A DNA stretch of 64,000 bases from Thermodesulfobacteriota bacterium (GTDB lineage Bacteria; Desulfobacterota_D; UBA1144; Nemesobacterales; UBA2774), in contig OZ244197.1 in assembly GCA_965216785.1 (NCBI GenBank), forward strand, positions 480,001 through 544,000, given 5' to 3'. Shown piece by piece: positions 25,676 through 36,462 of this stretch. The notes under the pieces were generated by a model. It was given only the letters and a program-made list of their open reading frames with translations. It ran no database searches and was not told the DNA's origin. Both the position numbers and the translations under genes were made by a program. Within the stretch, counting starts at the first letter, position 1; the number at the start of each line of letters is the position of its first letter.

Positions 25676-25966
25676 ATGAAACACAGAAAAAATAAGATAA
25701 AACGCGAGCACGGTATCATTAAGGGTTTAAAAAGGTTTCTTGAGGACAACGTATCCTCGCTCGATTCCGTAGAGGGAATAATACCGGGAGAGATAAAAGT
25801 CGGGAAAACCAAAGGTGAAAATCTGGTTGTGCGCTACAAATATTCGACCATCAGCGGCGCAAAGCTGATGGCACGCAGCGGCAATTCCGTTCAGGAAGTC
25901 TTTGTAATTACAAGTGATGCGGATGAGTTAAAAGAAGCGATTGAGAATTCTCAGCAAGCTAGTTGA
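25676..25966 (+). CDS. DUF2103 family small protein
   Basis: Motifs H.IIKGL, IIPGEI and GAKLMARSGNSVQEVFVIT. Confidence 0.75.
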   Translation: MKHRKNKIKREHGIIKGLKRFLEDNVSSLDSVEGIIPGEIKVGKTKGENLVVRYKYSTISGAKLMARSGNSVQEVFVITSDADELKEAIENSQQAS

Positions 25967-28900
25967 ACCTTAAGGCGTTTTTCCCTAGCAGCTCTTCAAC
26001 GTCAGAAATGAACGCATCGTCGATGCATACCCTAAAGTCCTCCACCTCAACTACGGCTACACCGCCCTCGGTACTCAGGTGAATGTGGATTTGAGATTCA
26101 CCCGGATAGCTGCTTATAATTTCCCTTGCTTTTAGCATGGTTTCTTTCGTTGTGCCTTCCTTTGGGAAATTTATATGCACTGTGGTGCCGTTCCTCAAAT
26201 CGCTTAGAGACTTTATATCCGTTGCTCTTAATTTAACCCTGTCCTCCCCGGGCTCGGTCATTCCCTTGATGATTACGGGGTCCACCTTCTCTTCAAGTAT
26301 AGGCAGCGTCTTTCTCAAAAGATCATTGAAAATAACCACCTCAACGGAGCCTTTAAGGTCCTCGAGAACAAGGTTTCCGAATATGCCGGAGCCGCTCTTT
26401 GTGTGCCGTACGTTCAGCGAGCGTACAACTCCGGCGACAGACACTTCCCGCTTTGTTTTTATGTCGGCAAGCGCTTCCGTATCGGTATTCTTTACGCTCT
26501 TACTGAGCTCATGCTCGTATTTAGCCATCGGGTGGCTGGTAACGTAAAACCCCAGCACATCCATCTCGTTTGAGAGAAGTTCCTTCTCTTCCCATGCAGA
26601 AATATCGGATAGGGTTGGCAGTGAAACCGAATCGTTCATTGAAAATAAAGAGTGCTGTCCTTCTACAGAGCTCTTTTGCTTTAGAGAAGTGTAGCTAAGA
26701 AGCGTCTCGACAGACTCCATCAAGCACGCACGGTGTGCGCCCAGGGAGTCAAAAGCTCCGCTTTTCACCAAGCTCTCGAATGTTCTCCTGTTTAATTTTC
26801 TCGCTTCGACTAAATCACAAAAACTGAAGATCGTCTCAAACTTCCCGCATTCTTCCCTGGCCTTTATAATGGCCTCCACTGTACCCTCACCCACGTTTTT
26901 AATAGCAGCCAGACCGAAGCGGATATTCCCGTCTGCTGCCGTAAACTCATCCATGCTCTCGTTAACATCTGGCGCTAGGACCTGAATATTCATATCTTTA
27001 CATTCTGAAATGCTTGATATGACTTTGTCAGTGTTGCTAGAATCAACCGACATGAGGGCTGCCATAAACTCCGCCGGGTAATGGGTCTTGAGATAGGCGG
27101 TTTGGTATGTGATTAGAGCGTAGGCCGTGCTGTGGCTCTTGTTAAATGAGTACTCAGCAAACTTCTCCATGGCATCGAATATTTCTTTTGCCTTCTTATC
27201 TTTAATACCCTTTTTCTTGGCGCCGTCGAGAAACCTTTTTCTCTGGGCTTTCATCTCAGCAGGTTTCTTTTTACCCATAGCGCGCCGCAGTAGATCGGCC
27301 TCACCCAGGCTGTAATCTGCAACCGCGCTCGCGGTCTGCATTATCTGCTCTTGGTATACGAATAGTCCGTATGTGTCTTTTAGTATCTCCTGAAGCTCGG
27401 GGAGGGGGTACTCCACCTCCGCGTTCCCGTGCTTACGCTTTATAAAATCATCTACCATTCCGCTATCCAGCGGGCCCGGACGGTATAGAGCTAACAGGGC
27501 AATAATATCCTCAAAAGCCGTTGGGTTGAGCCCCTGGAGGACTTCCTTCATTCCCGTAGACTCAATCTGGAATATACCCCTCGTAAGTCCGCTTGAAAGG
27601 AGCTTATAAACCTCGGGATCATCGAGTGGAATTTTACGGATATCAAAACCTGCGCCTCCGTTCTCCGCGTGATTCTCCTTTATCTGCTTAATCGCTTTAT
27701 CTATTAGAGTGAGAGTTTTTAGGCCCAGGAAATCGAACTTTACGAACCCGAGCTCCTCGATCGAGTTCATGTCGTACTGGGTTACGATCTCATCTTTTGA
27801 GCCCCGGTAAAGCGGAATATGATCGGCAAGCGGCTCGTTCGCGATTACTATCCCCGCTGCATGGGTCGAGGAATGACGGACCATGTTCTCAAGCCTCTTC
27901 GCAAGCTCGATCATCTCTGACAGCGCTTCTGATTCGTCAACCAGCTTCTTAAGCTCTTTTACGCTGTCTATCGCCTTTTCTATGCTGAACACCTTGCCCC
28001 TGAACGAGGGGATAAGCTTTGAAACCCTGTCAACGTCCGCGTATGGGATACCAAGCACCCTGCCCACGTCTTTAACAACTGCCTTTGCGGACATTGTCCC
28101 GAACGTGCCTATCTGCGCCACTTTGTCCGCACCGTATTTCTCTGTTACGTAGCGTATGACCTCGTCCCGGCCCTCGCCACAAAAGTCTATATCTATGTCA
28201 GGCATGCTGACTCGCTCGGGGTTTAGAAAACGCTCGAATATAAGATCATAGGGGATCGGGTCAACGTCTGTTATACCGAGAACATACGCTACAAGACTCC
28301 CCGCCGCGCTCCCCCTGCCGGGGCCTACCGGTATGCCTTTTGATTTTGCGTAGTTAATAAAATCCGCAACAACAAGGAAGTATCCCGAAAAACCCATCTT
28401 CTGAATTATTTCAATCTCGGTGTCGAGCCTTTCTTTATATTCCCCGTGTTTTTCTTCGGGGATATTATCTTCCACGAGCTTCTCGCCTAGCTTTTCCGCA
28501 GCGAGCTTCGCCATATGCTCATCGAGTGATATGCCTTCCTCGACTTTATACTCGGGGAACTTGTAACCGTCCACTTCAAAATCAAAGTTACACCTCTTTG
28601 CCACTTCTCCGGTTCTATGTATCGCGTCTTCGAAACCCTCCAGGTCCCCAAGCATCTCGCCCTCTGATTTCAGGTAGTACTGATCGCCCTGAAACTTAAA
28701 GCGGTTCTCGTCCTGAAGCGATGAGCCTGTCTGTATGCATAGCAGCGCGTCGTGGGGTCTCGTGTCTTCGCGTTTTAAGAAATGGCAGTCGTTCGTGGCC
28801 ACAATAGGAATGCCGAGTTTATCACTCACCTCTTTTACCTTCTTATTCACCCTCTTCTGCTCGGGAAGACCCGTGGCTTGTACTTCAAGGTAGTAACGGT

Positions 28901-29399
28901 CGCCGAAAATCTCCCTGTACCTTGCGGCTACTCCCAAGGCGGCCTTCATGTCCTTATCGAATATCGCCTTAGAGAGCTCACTGTTAAGACATCCGCTAAG
29001 CACGATAAGGCCTTCGTTATGTTTATCAAGTAGCTCGTGATCCACCCGGGGCCTTCGGTAAAATCCGTCAAAATACGCCTTGGTCACAAGCCTGGAGAGG
29101 TTTTGATAACCCGTCTTATCCATGGACAGGACTGTTAAATGGTGGGTTTTGCCTTCAGCCGGGTTATCTGGGTTTATCTTGGGCGTAATATACATCTCGC
29201 AGCCGATAATAGGCTTCACTCCCGACTCTTTGGCTTTCTTATAAAAATCGTAAGCACCGAAAAGATTCCCGTGGTCTGTAAGCGCGACGGCCTGCATCCC
29301 GAACTCCTTGGCCTGCGGGAAAAGCTCCTCGAACTTAATCGCGCCGTCTAAGAGCGAGTACTGCGAATGTAGATGTAGGTGGACAAAACCGTTGGACAT
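25959..29399 (-). CDS. dnaE: DNA polymerase III alpha subunit
   Basis: PHP motifs FVHLHLHSQYSLLDGA and TDHGNL; GPGRGSAAGS; PDIDIDF; FNKSHS. Start placed at ATG 29399. Confidence 0.98.
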   Translation of the reverse strand: MSNGFVHLHLHSQYSLLDGAIKFEELFPQAKEFGMQAVALTDHGNLFGAYDFYKKAKESGVKPIIGCEMYITPKINPDNPAEGKTHHLTVLSMDKTGYQNLSRLVTKAYFDGFYRRPRVDHELLDKHNEGLIVLSGCLNSELSKAIFDKDMKAALGVAARYREIFGDRYYLEVQATGLPEQKRVNKKVKEVSDKLGIPIVATNDCHFLKREDTRPHDALLCIQTGSSLQDENRFKFQGDQYYLKSEGEMLGDLEGFEDAIHRTGEVAKRCNFDFEVDGYKFPEYKVEEGISLDEHMAKLAAEKLGEKLVEDNIPEEKHGEYKERLDTEIEIIQKMGFSGYFLVVADFINYAKSKGIPVGPGRGSAAGSLVAYVLGITDVDPIPYDLIFERFLNPERVSMPDIDIDFCGEGRDEVIRYVTEKYGADKVAQIGTFGTMSAKAVVKDVGRVLGIPYADVDRVSKLIPSFRGKVFSIEKAIDSVKELKKLVDESEALSEMIELAKRLENMVRHSSTHAAGIVIANEPLADHIPLYRGSKDEIVTQYDMNSIEELGFVKFDFLGLKTLTLIDKAIKQIKENHAENGGAGFDIRKIPLDDPEVYKLLSSGLTRGIFQIESTGMKEVLQGLNPTAFEDIIALLALYRPGPLDSGMVDDFIKRKHGNAEVEYPLPELQEILKDTYGLFVYQEQIMQTASAVADYSLGEADLLRRAMGKKKPAEMKAQRKRFLDGAKKKGIKDKKAKEIFDAMEKFAEYSFNKSHSTAYALITYQTAYLKTHYPAEFMAALMSVDSSNTDKVISSISECKDMNIQVLAPDVNESMDEFTAADGNIRFGLAAIKNVGEGTVEAIIKAREECGKFETIFSFCDLVEARKLNRRTFESLVKSGAFDSLGAHRACLMESVETLLSYTSLKQKSSVEGQHSLFSMNDSVSLPTLSDISAWEEKELLSNEMDVLGFYVTSHPMAKYEHELSKSVKNTDTEALADIKTKREVSVAGVVRSLNVRHTKSGSGIFGNLVLEDLKGSVEVVIFNDLLRKTLPILEEKVDPVIIKGMTEPGEDRVKLRATDIKSLSDLRNGTTVHINFPKEGTTKETMLKAREIISSYPGESQIHIHLSTEGGVAVVEVEDFRVCIDDAFISDVEELLGKNALRFN

Positions 29400-29676
29400 T
29401 AAGACTAGTATATCCAAGAAGATTCGGAGAGTTCAAGGGTAGAAAAAACATAATATGTTTCCCGTAACTTAGAGCTGCTAATATTGGCTTATTAATTCTC
29501 CTGGTTGAAAACACCCCGCCAAAAAGTATATTAACTTTCTTAACAAAGTTTTCGTTTGCACTGAGAGCAACAAAGTATTAGACGTATTTAGTATTCAATA
29601 AATCTGAAACAGAATGCGATTTAAATAAAATAGACTGTTATAATCTCTCTCACATAGAGAGGAGGACCGTATAATC

Positions 29677-31029
29677 ATGGATTCAATATTTTCACTGCTT
29701 AATACTATCCCGAGCCCGTTCTCGGATTTCGTAGCCGTAATAGCGATTTTCATCGTAATCGCCGTAATTTCATTTGTAATATCCTTCTTTTTTGAGCAAA
29801 AGCCCGTAGAAGAGCCGGAGGAGGCTGAAATAGCCGAGCTGCCTGAAGAAGCTGCCGAAGCGGCACCGGCTGAGCCCGCCCCAGAGACCGGGGAAGGTCT
29901 TGAAGAAAAGGTTTTAGAGACAATTGAGGAAGCTCTGCCCTCTGAACCCGGGCCGGAAGCGGCTATTCCCCCCGAGCCTGTGTCAGCACAGGAGATAATA
30001 GATGAAGTACCGCACGCGCCTGAAGCGGAGATTGTCGAAGCGCCGCCGGAAGAAATAGAAGAAGAGATAGAGGAATTTGAAGAAGAGGACGTGAGCCCGG
30101 AGGGGCTGTTCGCGAGACTCCGCTCGGGTCTATCTAAAACTCACACAGGCATCTTCGGAAGACTCGGCGGGATGTTATCAAAAAAAGAGATTGATACGGA
30201 TACCTGGGACGACTTTGAAGAAACTCTCATCATGTCAGACCTCGGTGTCCCAACCACTATGAAGCTTCGTGAGAGACTGGAGTCAAAACTCGCGAAGAAG
30301 TCCCTTGAAGACGAGGAAACAATAGAGCAGGCTCTTAAAGAGGAAATACTGGAAATACTAAAAGGCGCTCAGGGGGCGCCTATAAAAGCAGACCGCGAGC
30401 CGTTCGTTATTATGGTCGCGGGAGTAAACGGCGTCGGAAAGACTACTACAATTGGTAAATTGGCTCACAAGCTTAAGCAGGAGAGCAATAACGTCATGGT
30501 AGCCGCGGGCGACACATTCAGAGCAGCCGCCATGGAACAGCTGGAAGTCTGGTCAAAGAGAGTGGGCACCGAGTTTCTTGGGGGCGAGAGCGGCAGAGAC
30601 CCGTCTTCTGTAGCATTTGACGCCGTAAAAGCGGCCATTTCAAAAAAAATAGGCATACTAATCATAGACACAGCAGGAAGACTGCATACGAAAGAAAACT
30701 TGATGGAAGAGCTTAAGAAAATGAAAAGAGTGGTAGGACGTGAGCTCGAAGGAGCCCCGCACGAGACTCTTTTAGTGCTGGACGCGACTACGGGCCAGAA
30801 CGCTATTCAGCAAGCTAAGTTGTTTAACGAGGCGCTCGATATCACGGGTATTGTCCTTACTAAGCTCGACGGCACGGCCAAAGGCGGAGTGATAATCGCG
30901 ATCGCAGACGAGCTGAATATTCCCGTTAAGTATATCGGCATAGGCGAGAGTCTTAGCGATCTAAGAGAATTTAATGCCGAGGAATTTGTAGAGGCGCTCT
31001 TTTACTCGGGAAACGAAGCTGTGCATTAA
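29677..31029 (+). CDS. ftsY: SRP receptor FtsY with N-terminal TM helix and acidic linker
   Basis: Motifs GVNGVGKTTTIGK, DTFRAAA, DTAGRLH, LDATTGQN and TKLDGTAKGG. Confidence 0.96.
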   Translation: MDSIFSLLNTIPSPFSDFVAVIAIFIVIAVISFVISFFFEQKPVEEPEEAEIAELPEEAAEAAPAEPAPETGEGLEEKVLETIEEALPSEPGPEAAIPPEPVSAQEIIDEVPHAPEAEIVEAPPEEIEEEIEEFEEEDVSPEGLFARLRSGLSKTHTGIFGRLGGMLSKKEIDTDTWDDFEETLIMSDLGVPTTMKLRERLESKLAKKSLEDEETIEQALKEEILEILKGAQGAPIKADREPFVIMVAGVNGVGKTTTIGKLAHKLKQESNNVMVAAGDTFRAAAMEQLEVWSKRVGTEFLGGESGRDPSSVAFDAVKAAISKKIGILIIDTAGRLHTKENLMEELKKMKRVVGRELEGAPHETLLVLDATTGQNAIQQAKLFNEALDITGIVLTKLDGTAKGGVIIAIADELNIPVKYIGIGESLSDLREFNAEEFVEALFYSGNEAVH

Positions 31030-31077
31030 CGCCATTATATCGCTCACATACTCTTTGAATTGAAGTTATACAGTTGA

Positions 31078-32190
31078 ATGCCTATAGATAAAGATAAAAA
31101 ATATATGTCAGCTGCCCTTAAGCTTGCTCTTAAAGCACAAGGGATGACTAGTCCAAATCCACTTGTAGGGGCCGTACTCGTAAAAAACGGTAAGGTCATC
31201 GGTAAGGGGTATCACAAAAGAGCCGGGCTCCCGCACGCTGAGATAGAAGCATTTGAAGACGCTAGAAAAAAGAGAAACAAGATAGCCGGCTCCACTCTGT
31301 ATGTTACTCTCGAGCCCTGCTGCCACACCGGAAAAAGAACTCCCCCCTGCGTAGGCTCCATCATACAGGAGAAGGTATCAAAAGTAGTAGTCTCATCCCT
31401 TGATCCGAACCCCAAAGTGAGCGGTAAGGGCGTATCAAAACTCAGGAAAAACGGTATCGAGGTTCTAACGGGTGTACTCGACGAAAAATCCCGGGAGATG
31501 AACGAAGCATATATAAAGTACATTACAACCGGGCTGCCGTTTGTTGTACTTAAGCTTGCGGCTACGCTCGACGGGAAGATCGCCGCGGTCTCGGGAGATT
31601 CCAAGTGGATAGGGAGCGAGACACAGAGGAAGTACGCTCATATCCTCAGGAGCCGGGCAGACGCCGTAATGGCTGGTATAGAAACCGTGCTGACAGATAA
31701 CCCAAGCCTGAACGTGAGGCTCACAGGCACTCACAAAGACCCTGTGCCTGTCATTCTCGACACAAAGCTCAGGACGCCTCTGTCCTCAAACCTGCTGCGC
31801 CTTCACGATGAGCCCGTTATCGTTACAACGCGCCCCGTGGATAAGGCTAAGCGTGAGAAGCTCAAGAGTCTGGGCGCAAACGTAATCACTGTGAAAAAGG
31901 ACAAAAACGGCCGGATTGATATGAGGGAGCTGCTGCGCTGCCTGGGAGAGCTTCAGTTTACAAGCCTTTTAATCGAGGGAGGAAGCTCGGTCGCGGGACA
32001 AGCGCTCAAGAGCGGTATTGTGGATAAAATCACCTTTTTTTATGCGCCTAAAATTCTTGGCTCGAGCGGGCTCAGCATGATAGGCGATCTTAATATACAC
32101 AGAGTAATGGATTCTATCGAAGTCCAGGATTTAAGTGTGAAGAAAATCGGAAGCGAGTTTATGGTAGAAGGGTATTTAGGGAATAAGTAA
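31078..32190 (+). CDS. ribD: Bifunctional riboflavin deaminase/reductase
   Basis: Motifs PNPLVGAV, HAEIEA, TLEPCCH...PPC, LDGKIA and IEGGS. Confidence 0.97.
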   Translation: MPIDKDKKYMSAALKLALKAQGMTSPNPLVGAVLVKNGKVIGKGYHKRAGLPHAEIEAFEDARKKRNKIAGSTLYVTLEPCCHTGKRTPPCVGSIIQEKVSKVVVSSLDPNPKVSGKGVSKLRKNGIEVLTGVLDEKSREMNEAYIKYITTGLPFVVLKLAATLDGKIAAVSGDSKWIGSETQRKYAHILRSRADAVMAGIETVLTDNPSLNVRLTGTHKDPVPVILDTKLRTPLSSNLLRLHDEPVIVTTRPVDKAKREKLKSLGANVITVKKDKNGRIDMRELLRCLGELQFTSLLIEGGSSVAGQALKSGIVDKITFFYAPKILGSSGLSMIGDLNIHRVMDSIEVQDLSVKKIGSEFMVEGYLGNK

Positions 32191-32216
32191 CGACCATACA
32201 AGACACTTAGTAGACA

Positions 32217-32897
32217 ATGACGAGCCCGGATAATAAAAAGAAAGTCGGAATTTTCGGAGGCACCTTCGACCCGGTACACCTGGGGCATCTGCGGGCCGCC
32301 GAAGAGATTAAGCGCATACTGGGGCTTGAGAAGATTTACTTTATACCCTCAGCCATTCCCCCGCACAAGAAACATACGGAGACTACCCCTTCAAAAGATA
32401 GATTAAATATGCTGGAGGCTGCGCTTGAGCCCTACCCGTATTTTGAAATTTCTACATATGAAATAGAAAAAGCTACAACTTCATATACCATAGAGACACT
32501 GCAGCATTTTACTTCAAATTACCCGGACATAGAGTTCTATTTTATTGTAGGCAGTGAGCTCTTTAATCACATTGAAACATGGAAAAACTATAATGATCTC
32601 TTTACGTTAGCGAGCTTTGCAGTGATTGAAAGACCTGGATTCCCTGATGAGGGCAAACCATCTCTTCCTATTGCAATTGAGCCCGGTTTTCGATATCATA
32701 TGAACCGGGACAACGTGACAATATATTCAAACAAATATTCCAAAGAAGTTGTATTTACACAAATCCACGGCGTCAGGGTTTCTTCCACAGAAATTAGACA
32801 AAGAATTAAAGCCGGAGAATCAATAAGTGATTTGGTTCCGGAAGAAGTCGAGCGCTACATACTAAAGAACCACCTTTACACAGAGGCGTACACTTGA
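32217..32897 (+). CDS. nadD: Nicotinate-nucleotide adenylyltransferase
   Basis: Motifs FGGTFDPVHLGH, PPHK, YTIETL and SSTEIR. Confidence 0.96.
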   Translation: MTSPDNKKKVGIFGGTFDPVHLGHLRAAEEIKRILGLEKIYFIPSAIPPHKKHTETTPSKDRLNMLEAALEPYPYFEISTYEIEKATTSYTIETLQHFTSNYPDIEFYFIVGSELFNHIETWKNYNDLFTLASFAVIERPGFPDEGKPSLPIAIEPGFRYHMNRDNVTIYSNKYSKEVVFTQIHGVRVSSTEIRQRIKAGESISDLVPEEVERYILKNHLYTEAYT

Positions 32898-33298
32898 TAG
32901 AAGCTAAAGACAAAGCTCTGTCCATCGCTCGTGCCGCGTGGGAAAAACACGCGCAGGATCCCGTACTTATTGAGGTAAAATCCTCAAGTGATGTCACCGA
33001 TTACTTTTTAGTCTGCAGCGCTAACTCGGACAGGGGTGTAAAAACCATAGTCGAGAGCATAGAGCAAAAGCTAAAAGAGCTTGGTGAGAAGGTGATAGGG
33101 ATCGAGGGTTATTCTGAAGGTAAGTGGGTACTCATTGATTCAGCAGACGTAGTTGCCCACATCTTTTATGAACCGTTGAGGGGATTTTACGACATAGAGA
33201 GCCTATGGATAGATGCCCCACGCGTCGAACTGCGCTTTGAAGAGCACACATCAAACGGCCATACCTCCCAAGACCCTACAGAGAGATACGGTTCCTAA
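32894..33298 (+). CDS. rsfS: Ribosome silencing factor
   Basis: Motifs TDYFLVCS, WVLID..DVVAHIF and FYDIESLW; follows nadD. Confidence 0.95.
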   Translation: MIEAKDKALSIARAAWEKHAQDPVLIEVKSSSDVTDYFLVCSANSDRGVKTIVESIEQKLKELGEKVIGIEGYSEGKWVLIDSADVVAHIFYEPLRGFYDIESLWIDAPRVELRFEEHTSNGHTSQDPTERYGS

Positions 33299-33368
33299 AA
33301 AGCTCAAACCTCATAAACTCAGCTTATAAATGTGTTCTTAGGCCTGTGATTGTTGTCAGCGCCAAGCG

Positions 33369-34442
33369 TTATTGGCCCTCTTTAATACCTCTTCTTCTTA
33401 TAAAAGCAGGTATCTCAAACTCGTCTTCCGCAACCTCGGTCGGCACTGATGAAACTATCGTATTCATATTCTGAGCACCTACGGTCTGAATGCCTGTCGC
33501 TATCACCGTAAGCTGAACCGACTCTCTGAACTGCTCATTGAAAACAAGGCCGAATATAAGATTGACGTCTGAATGAGCACGGTCTTTTATATAGTTACAA
33601 GCCTGGTTTAACTCTTCGATGCCGAAGTCAGGTGATGCCGTAACATTGAGAAGTATTCCGGTCGCGCCGTCAATGGAAATATCTTCGAGGAGCGGACTCG
33701 TAATAGCAGACTCAGCCGCTTCCACGGCACGGTTCGTGCCCTCGGCAAAACCGGTGCCCATGAGCGCCTTACCGCCGTTTTCCCCCATTATACTCTTCAC
33801 ATCGGCAAAATCGACGTTTATATATCCGGTTCCCGTAATAATATCTGAAATACCGCGCACTGCCTGGAGAAGCACCTCATCCGCCTTCTTAAAAGCATCG
33901 AGTATGCTTACCTTATGCACTTCAGCAAGCCTGTCGTTGGGAATGACAATCAGGGTATCGACTTCTTCTTCAAGCCTCTGAATCCCCTCCAGAGCCTGTT
34001 TATTTCTCCTGGGCCCTTCAAATCCAAAAGGTTTGGTCACCACTCCAACCGTTAGCGCGCCCGTTTCCTTGGCAGCTTGAGCTATTATTGGGGAAGATCC
34101 AGTTCCGGTCCCACCTCCCATACCGGCTGTGACGAAAACCATATCGGCGCCTTCGAGCGTCTCTGCTATGAGTGACTGATCCTCAATGGCAGCCTCTCTG
34201 CCCAGTACCGGGTTACCACCCGAACCAAGGCCTTTTGTAGTTCTTGTGCCAATTTGGAGCTTTGTAGGGGCTAGCGATTTTCTCAGGTCCTGAGAGTCGG
34301 TATTGGTAACTACAAAATCGACTCCTTCAAGTCCCTTTTCAATCATCGCATTAACGGCATTGCCGCCAGCGCCTCCGGCTCCGACAACTTTGATTTTAGC
34401 CTTTTGCTCAATACCAGTGTCTTCGAGTTCAAAGTTTGCCAT
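33369..34442 (-). CDS. ftsZ: Cell division protein FtsZ
   Basis: Motifs [23 protein letters not shown] and INVDFADV; C-terminal [11 protein letters not shown] 34442 lies behind GGAGGAGG. Confidence 0.99.
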   Translation of the reverse strand: MANFELEDTGIEQKAKIKVVGAGGAGGNAVNAMIEKGLEGVDFVVTNTDSQDLRKSLAPTKLQIGTRTTKGLGSGGNPVLGREAAIEDQSLIAETLEGADMVFVTAGMGGGTGTGSSPIIAQAAKETGALTVGVVTKPFGFEGPRRNKQALEGIQRLEEEVDTLIVIPNDRLAEVHKVSILDAFKKADEVLLQAVRGISDIITGTGYINVDFADVKSIMGENGGKALMGTGFAEGTNRAVEAAESAITSPLLEDISIDGATGILLNVTASPDFGIEELNQACNYIKDRAHSDVNLIFGLVFNEQFRESVQLTVIATGIQTVGAQNMNTIVSSVPTEVAEDEFEIPAFIRRRGIKEGQ

Positions 34443-34481
34443 AATCAACACCCTCCTCCATTATATTTTATCCAGTTTAAC

Positions 34482-35714
34482 CTAAAAAAACTCCTGAAAC
34501 CAGTTTTTCATGCTATCAAATATTTTTTTAAAGACATTCTCGTCTCTAATCCTTAACTTTTTATCCCCTTTATACTGCGTACCATACAGAACGAGCCCAA
34601 CTCCGGTTGAATATACCGGGTTTGCAATAATGTCGCTGAGCCCCCCTACTTCAGTCGGAATACCCATTCTGACAGGCATCTCCAACACCCTTTCGGCAAG
34701 CTCAACCGTACCGTTCATTATTACGCTTCCCCCGGTTATTACCACTCCGCCCGGGACAAGCTCGTCGTAACCAGATTTTTTTATTTCCCTTTTTGCCAGT
34801 GCGAATATTTCGTCCATTCTCGGCTCTATCACCATAGCCAGGTCTTTTCTTGAAATCTTTCTAAAATGCCGTCCACCCACACTCGGAACTTCAATCGTTT
34901 CTTCCGGAGATACGAGCTCAGCGAGCGCGCACCCGTGCTTTTCCTTAATCTTTCTGGCCTCAGCCAGGGGGGTCGACAGTCCAAGCGCAATGTCTCTGTC
35001 TATGTTGTCCCCGCCGAGAGTAACGTTTTCCGTATACCTTATGCTGCCGCCAACGAAAATCGCTATGTCGGTAGTGCCGCCGCCGCAGTCAATTAACACG
35101 ACTCCGATCTCTTTCTCGTCCTCTGTCAGGACAGCCTCGCTTGAGGCAAGCTGCTCGAGCACCACGTCTGCCACGTCCATTCCCGCGCCGTGTATGCATT
35201 TAACCAGATTCTGCGCCGCGGTAACCTGTCCTGTTACAATGTGCACCTTTGTCTCCAGCTTAACCCCATATATACCTATTGGATCCTTAATACCCGACTG
35301 ACCGTCCACAATATATTCCTGAGGAATTACGTGGATGATCTCTCTGTCAGCCGGTATCAGCACAGCGTTTGCGGACTCTATTACTCTCTCAAGATCCTTA
35401 TTAGCCACTTCGCGCTCTCGAAGACTAATCATCCCATGGCCGCTTATCCCCTTTATATGCCCTCCGGCAATACCGACAAAAACCGTCCTTATTTCACACC
35501 CGGCCATATGCTCGGCTTCTTCCACCGCGTTTTTAACCGACTGTATTGTGTTGTCGATATTTACTACCACTCCCCTCTTAAGACCGAATGAAGGGTATGT
35601 GCCTACGCCTACTATCTCCACTTCCTCAGTTTGCGGGTTTGTCTCGCCAACAATGGCGCATATTTTCGTTGTGCCTATATCCAAGCCGATTATTAAATCC
35701 TGCTCTCTACCCAT
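34482..35714 (-). CDS. ftsA: Cell division protein FtsA
   Basis: Motifs GLDIGTTKI, IDCGGGTTD and GVVITGG; C-terminal amphipathic MKNWFQEFF. Confidence 0.98.
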   Translation of the reverse strand: MGREQDLIIGLDIGTTKICAIVGETNPQTEEVEIVGVGTYPSFGLKRGVVVNIDNTIQSVKNAVEEAEHMAGCEIRTVFVGIAGGHIKGISGHGMISLREREVANKDLERVIESANAVLIPADREIIHVIPQEYIVDGQSGIKDPIGIYGVKLETKVHIVTGQVTAAQNLVKCIHGAGMDVADVVLEQLASSEAVLTEDEKEIGVVLIDCGGGTTDIAIFVGGSIRYTENVTLGGDNIDRDIALGLSTPLAEARKIKEKHGCALAELVSPEETIEVPSVGGRHFRKISRKDLAMVIEPRMDEIFALAKREIKKSGYDELVPGGVVITGGSVIMNGTVELAERVLEMPVRMGIPTEVGGLSDIIANPVYSTGVGLVLYGTQYKGDKKLRIRDENVFKKIFDSMKNWFQEFF

Positions 35715-36462
35715 CTTGAGCTCCTGAATCTACTGTCGGCACCTCAAAATTTACTACTCCCATATCGCTCGAGCTGATGTTTATATAGGCCTGCTTAAGA
35801 CCTAAATTGTCTGCGTGCTGAATAATACTTTCAAGCTTGCGCCATTTTCTGTACACGTCGCCCCTGTCGAACACGATATGTCTTCGGTCCGTTGTATATA
35901 GATTTATTCCGTAAATATTATCTATATGGATCTCTGATATCTCGCTCCAATCGAGAACACTGCTATTTGATGATAAATCCAATATCTGTAAGGCTTCTTT
36001 CAATAGATCCGAGTTTTCTATACCATCGCCGATCAGAACAGGAAAATCAAGGCCTTCATCAAATTTAGCCGTACCGAGTATTTTGCCGGTACTGCTTAAA
36101 TAGTGCGGACTGCCGTCTGAGCCAAAGACAAGGCAGTAAACCTTTTCCTCTTCAATATCAATATGTACCCTCTTGGGAAATTCTTTATGGACCTTGACGC
36201 TGTGGATCCAGGGATTTTTCAAGATATCTTTTTCTACCCTGTCCTCAAAGAAAAAAATGCTGCTCTCACCGAGCCTTAAGCCCGATCTTTGCAGTATTTC
36301 TTTCTCTGAAATCTTCTCGTTACCGGCGACTGTTACTTCATGCACGGTAAATACCCCGAGGCTGATTGTAATGTACGTGCACACACCAAACACCGCTATT
36401 ACCAGCAGTACCGTAAGCACCTTGGCCGCCTTTACGAATAACGCTTTTCTCTCTTCGCTCAC
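35707..36462 (-). CDS. ftsQ: Cell division protein FtsQ/DivIB
   Basis: Single TM, POTRA-like V.GN...NPWI.SV.V.KEFP; dcw position. Confidence 0.88.
   Translation of the reverse strand: MSEERKALFVKAAKVLTVLLVIAVFGVCTYITISLGVFTVHEVTVAGNEKISEKEILQRSGLRLGESSIFFFEDRVEKDILKNPWIHSVKVHKEFPKRVHIDIEEEKVYCLVFGSDGSPHYLSSTGKILGTAKFDEGLDFPVLIGDGIENSDLLKEALQILDLSSNSSVLDWSEISEIHIDNIYGINLYTTDRRHIVFDRGDVYRKWRKLESIIQHADNLGLKQAYINISSSDMGVVNFEVPTVDSGAQDG

Noticed and set aside
25959-29399. Intein in dnaE
   Set aside because: The length is normal, and no intein N- or C-terminal motifs interrupt the polymerase motifs.
29418-29676. SRP RNA (ffs) next to ftsY
   Set aside because: CAGG and AGCAGC occur on the minus strand, but without the GGAA-capped helix or long pairing arms.
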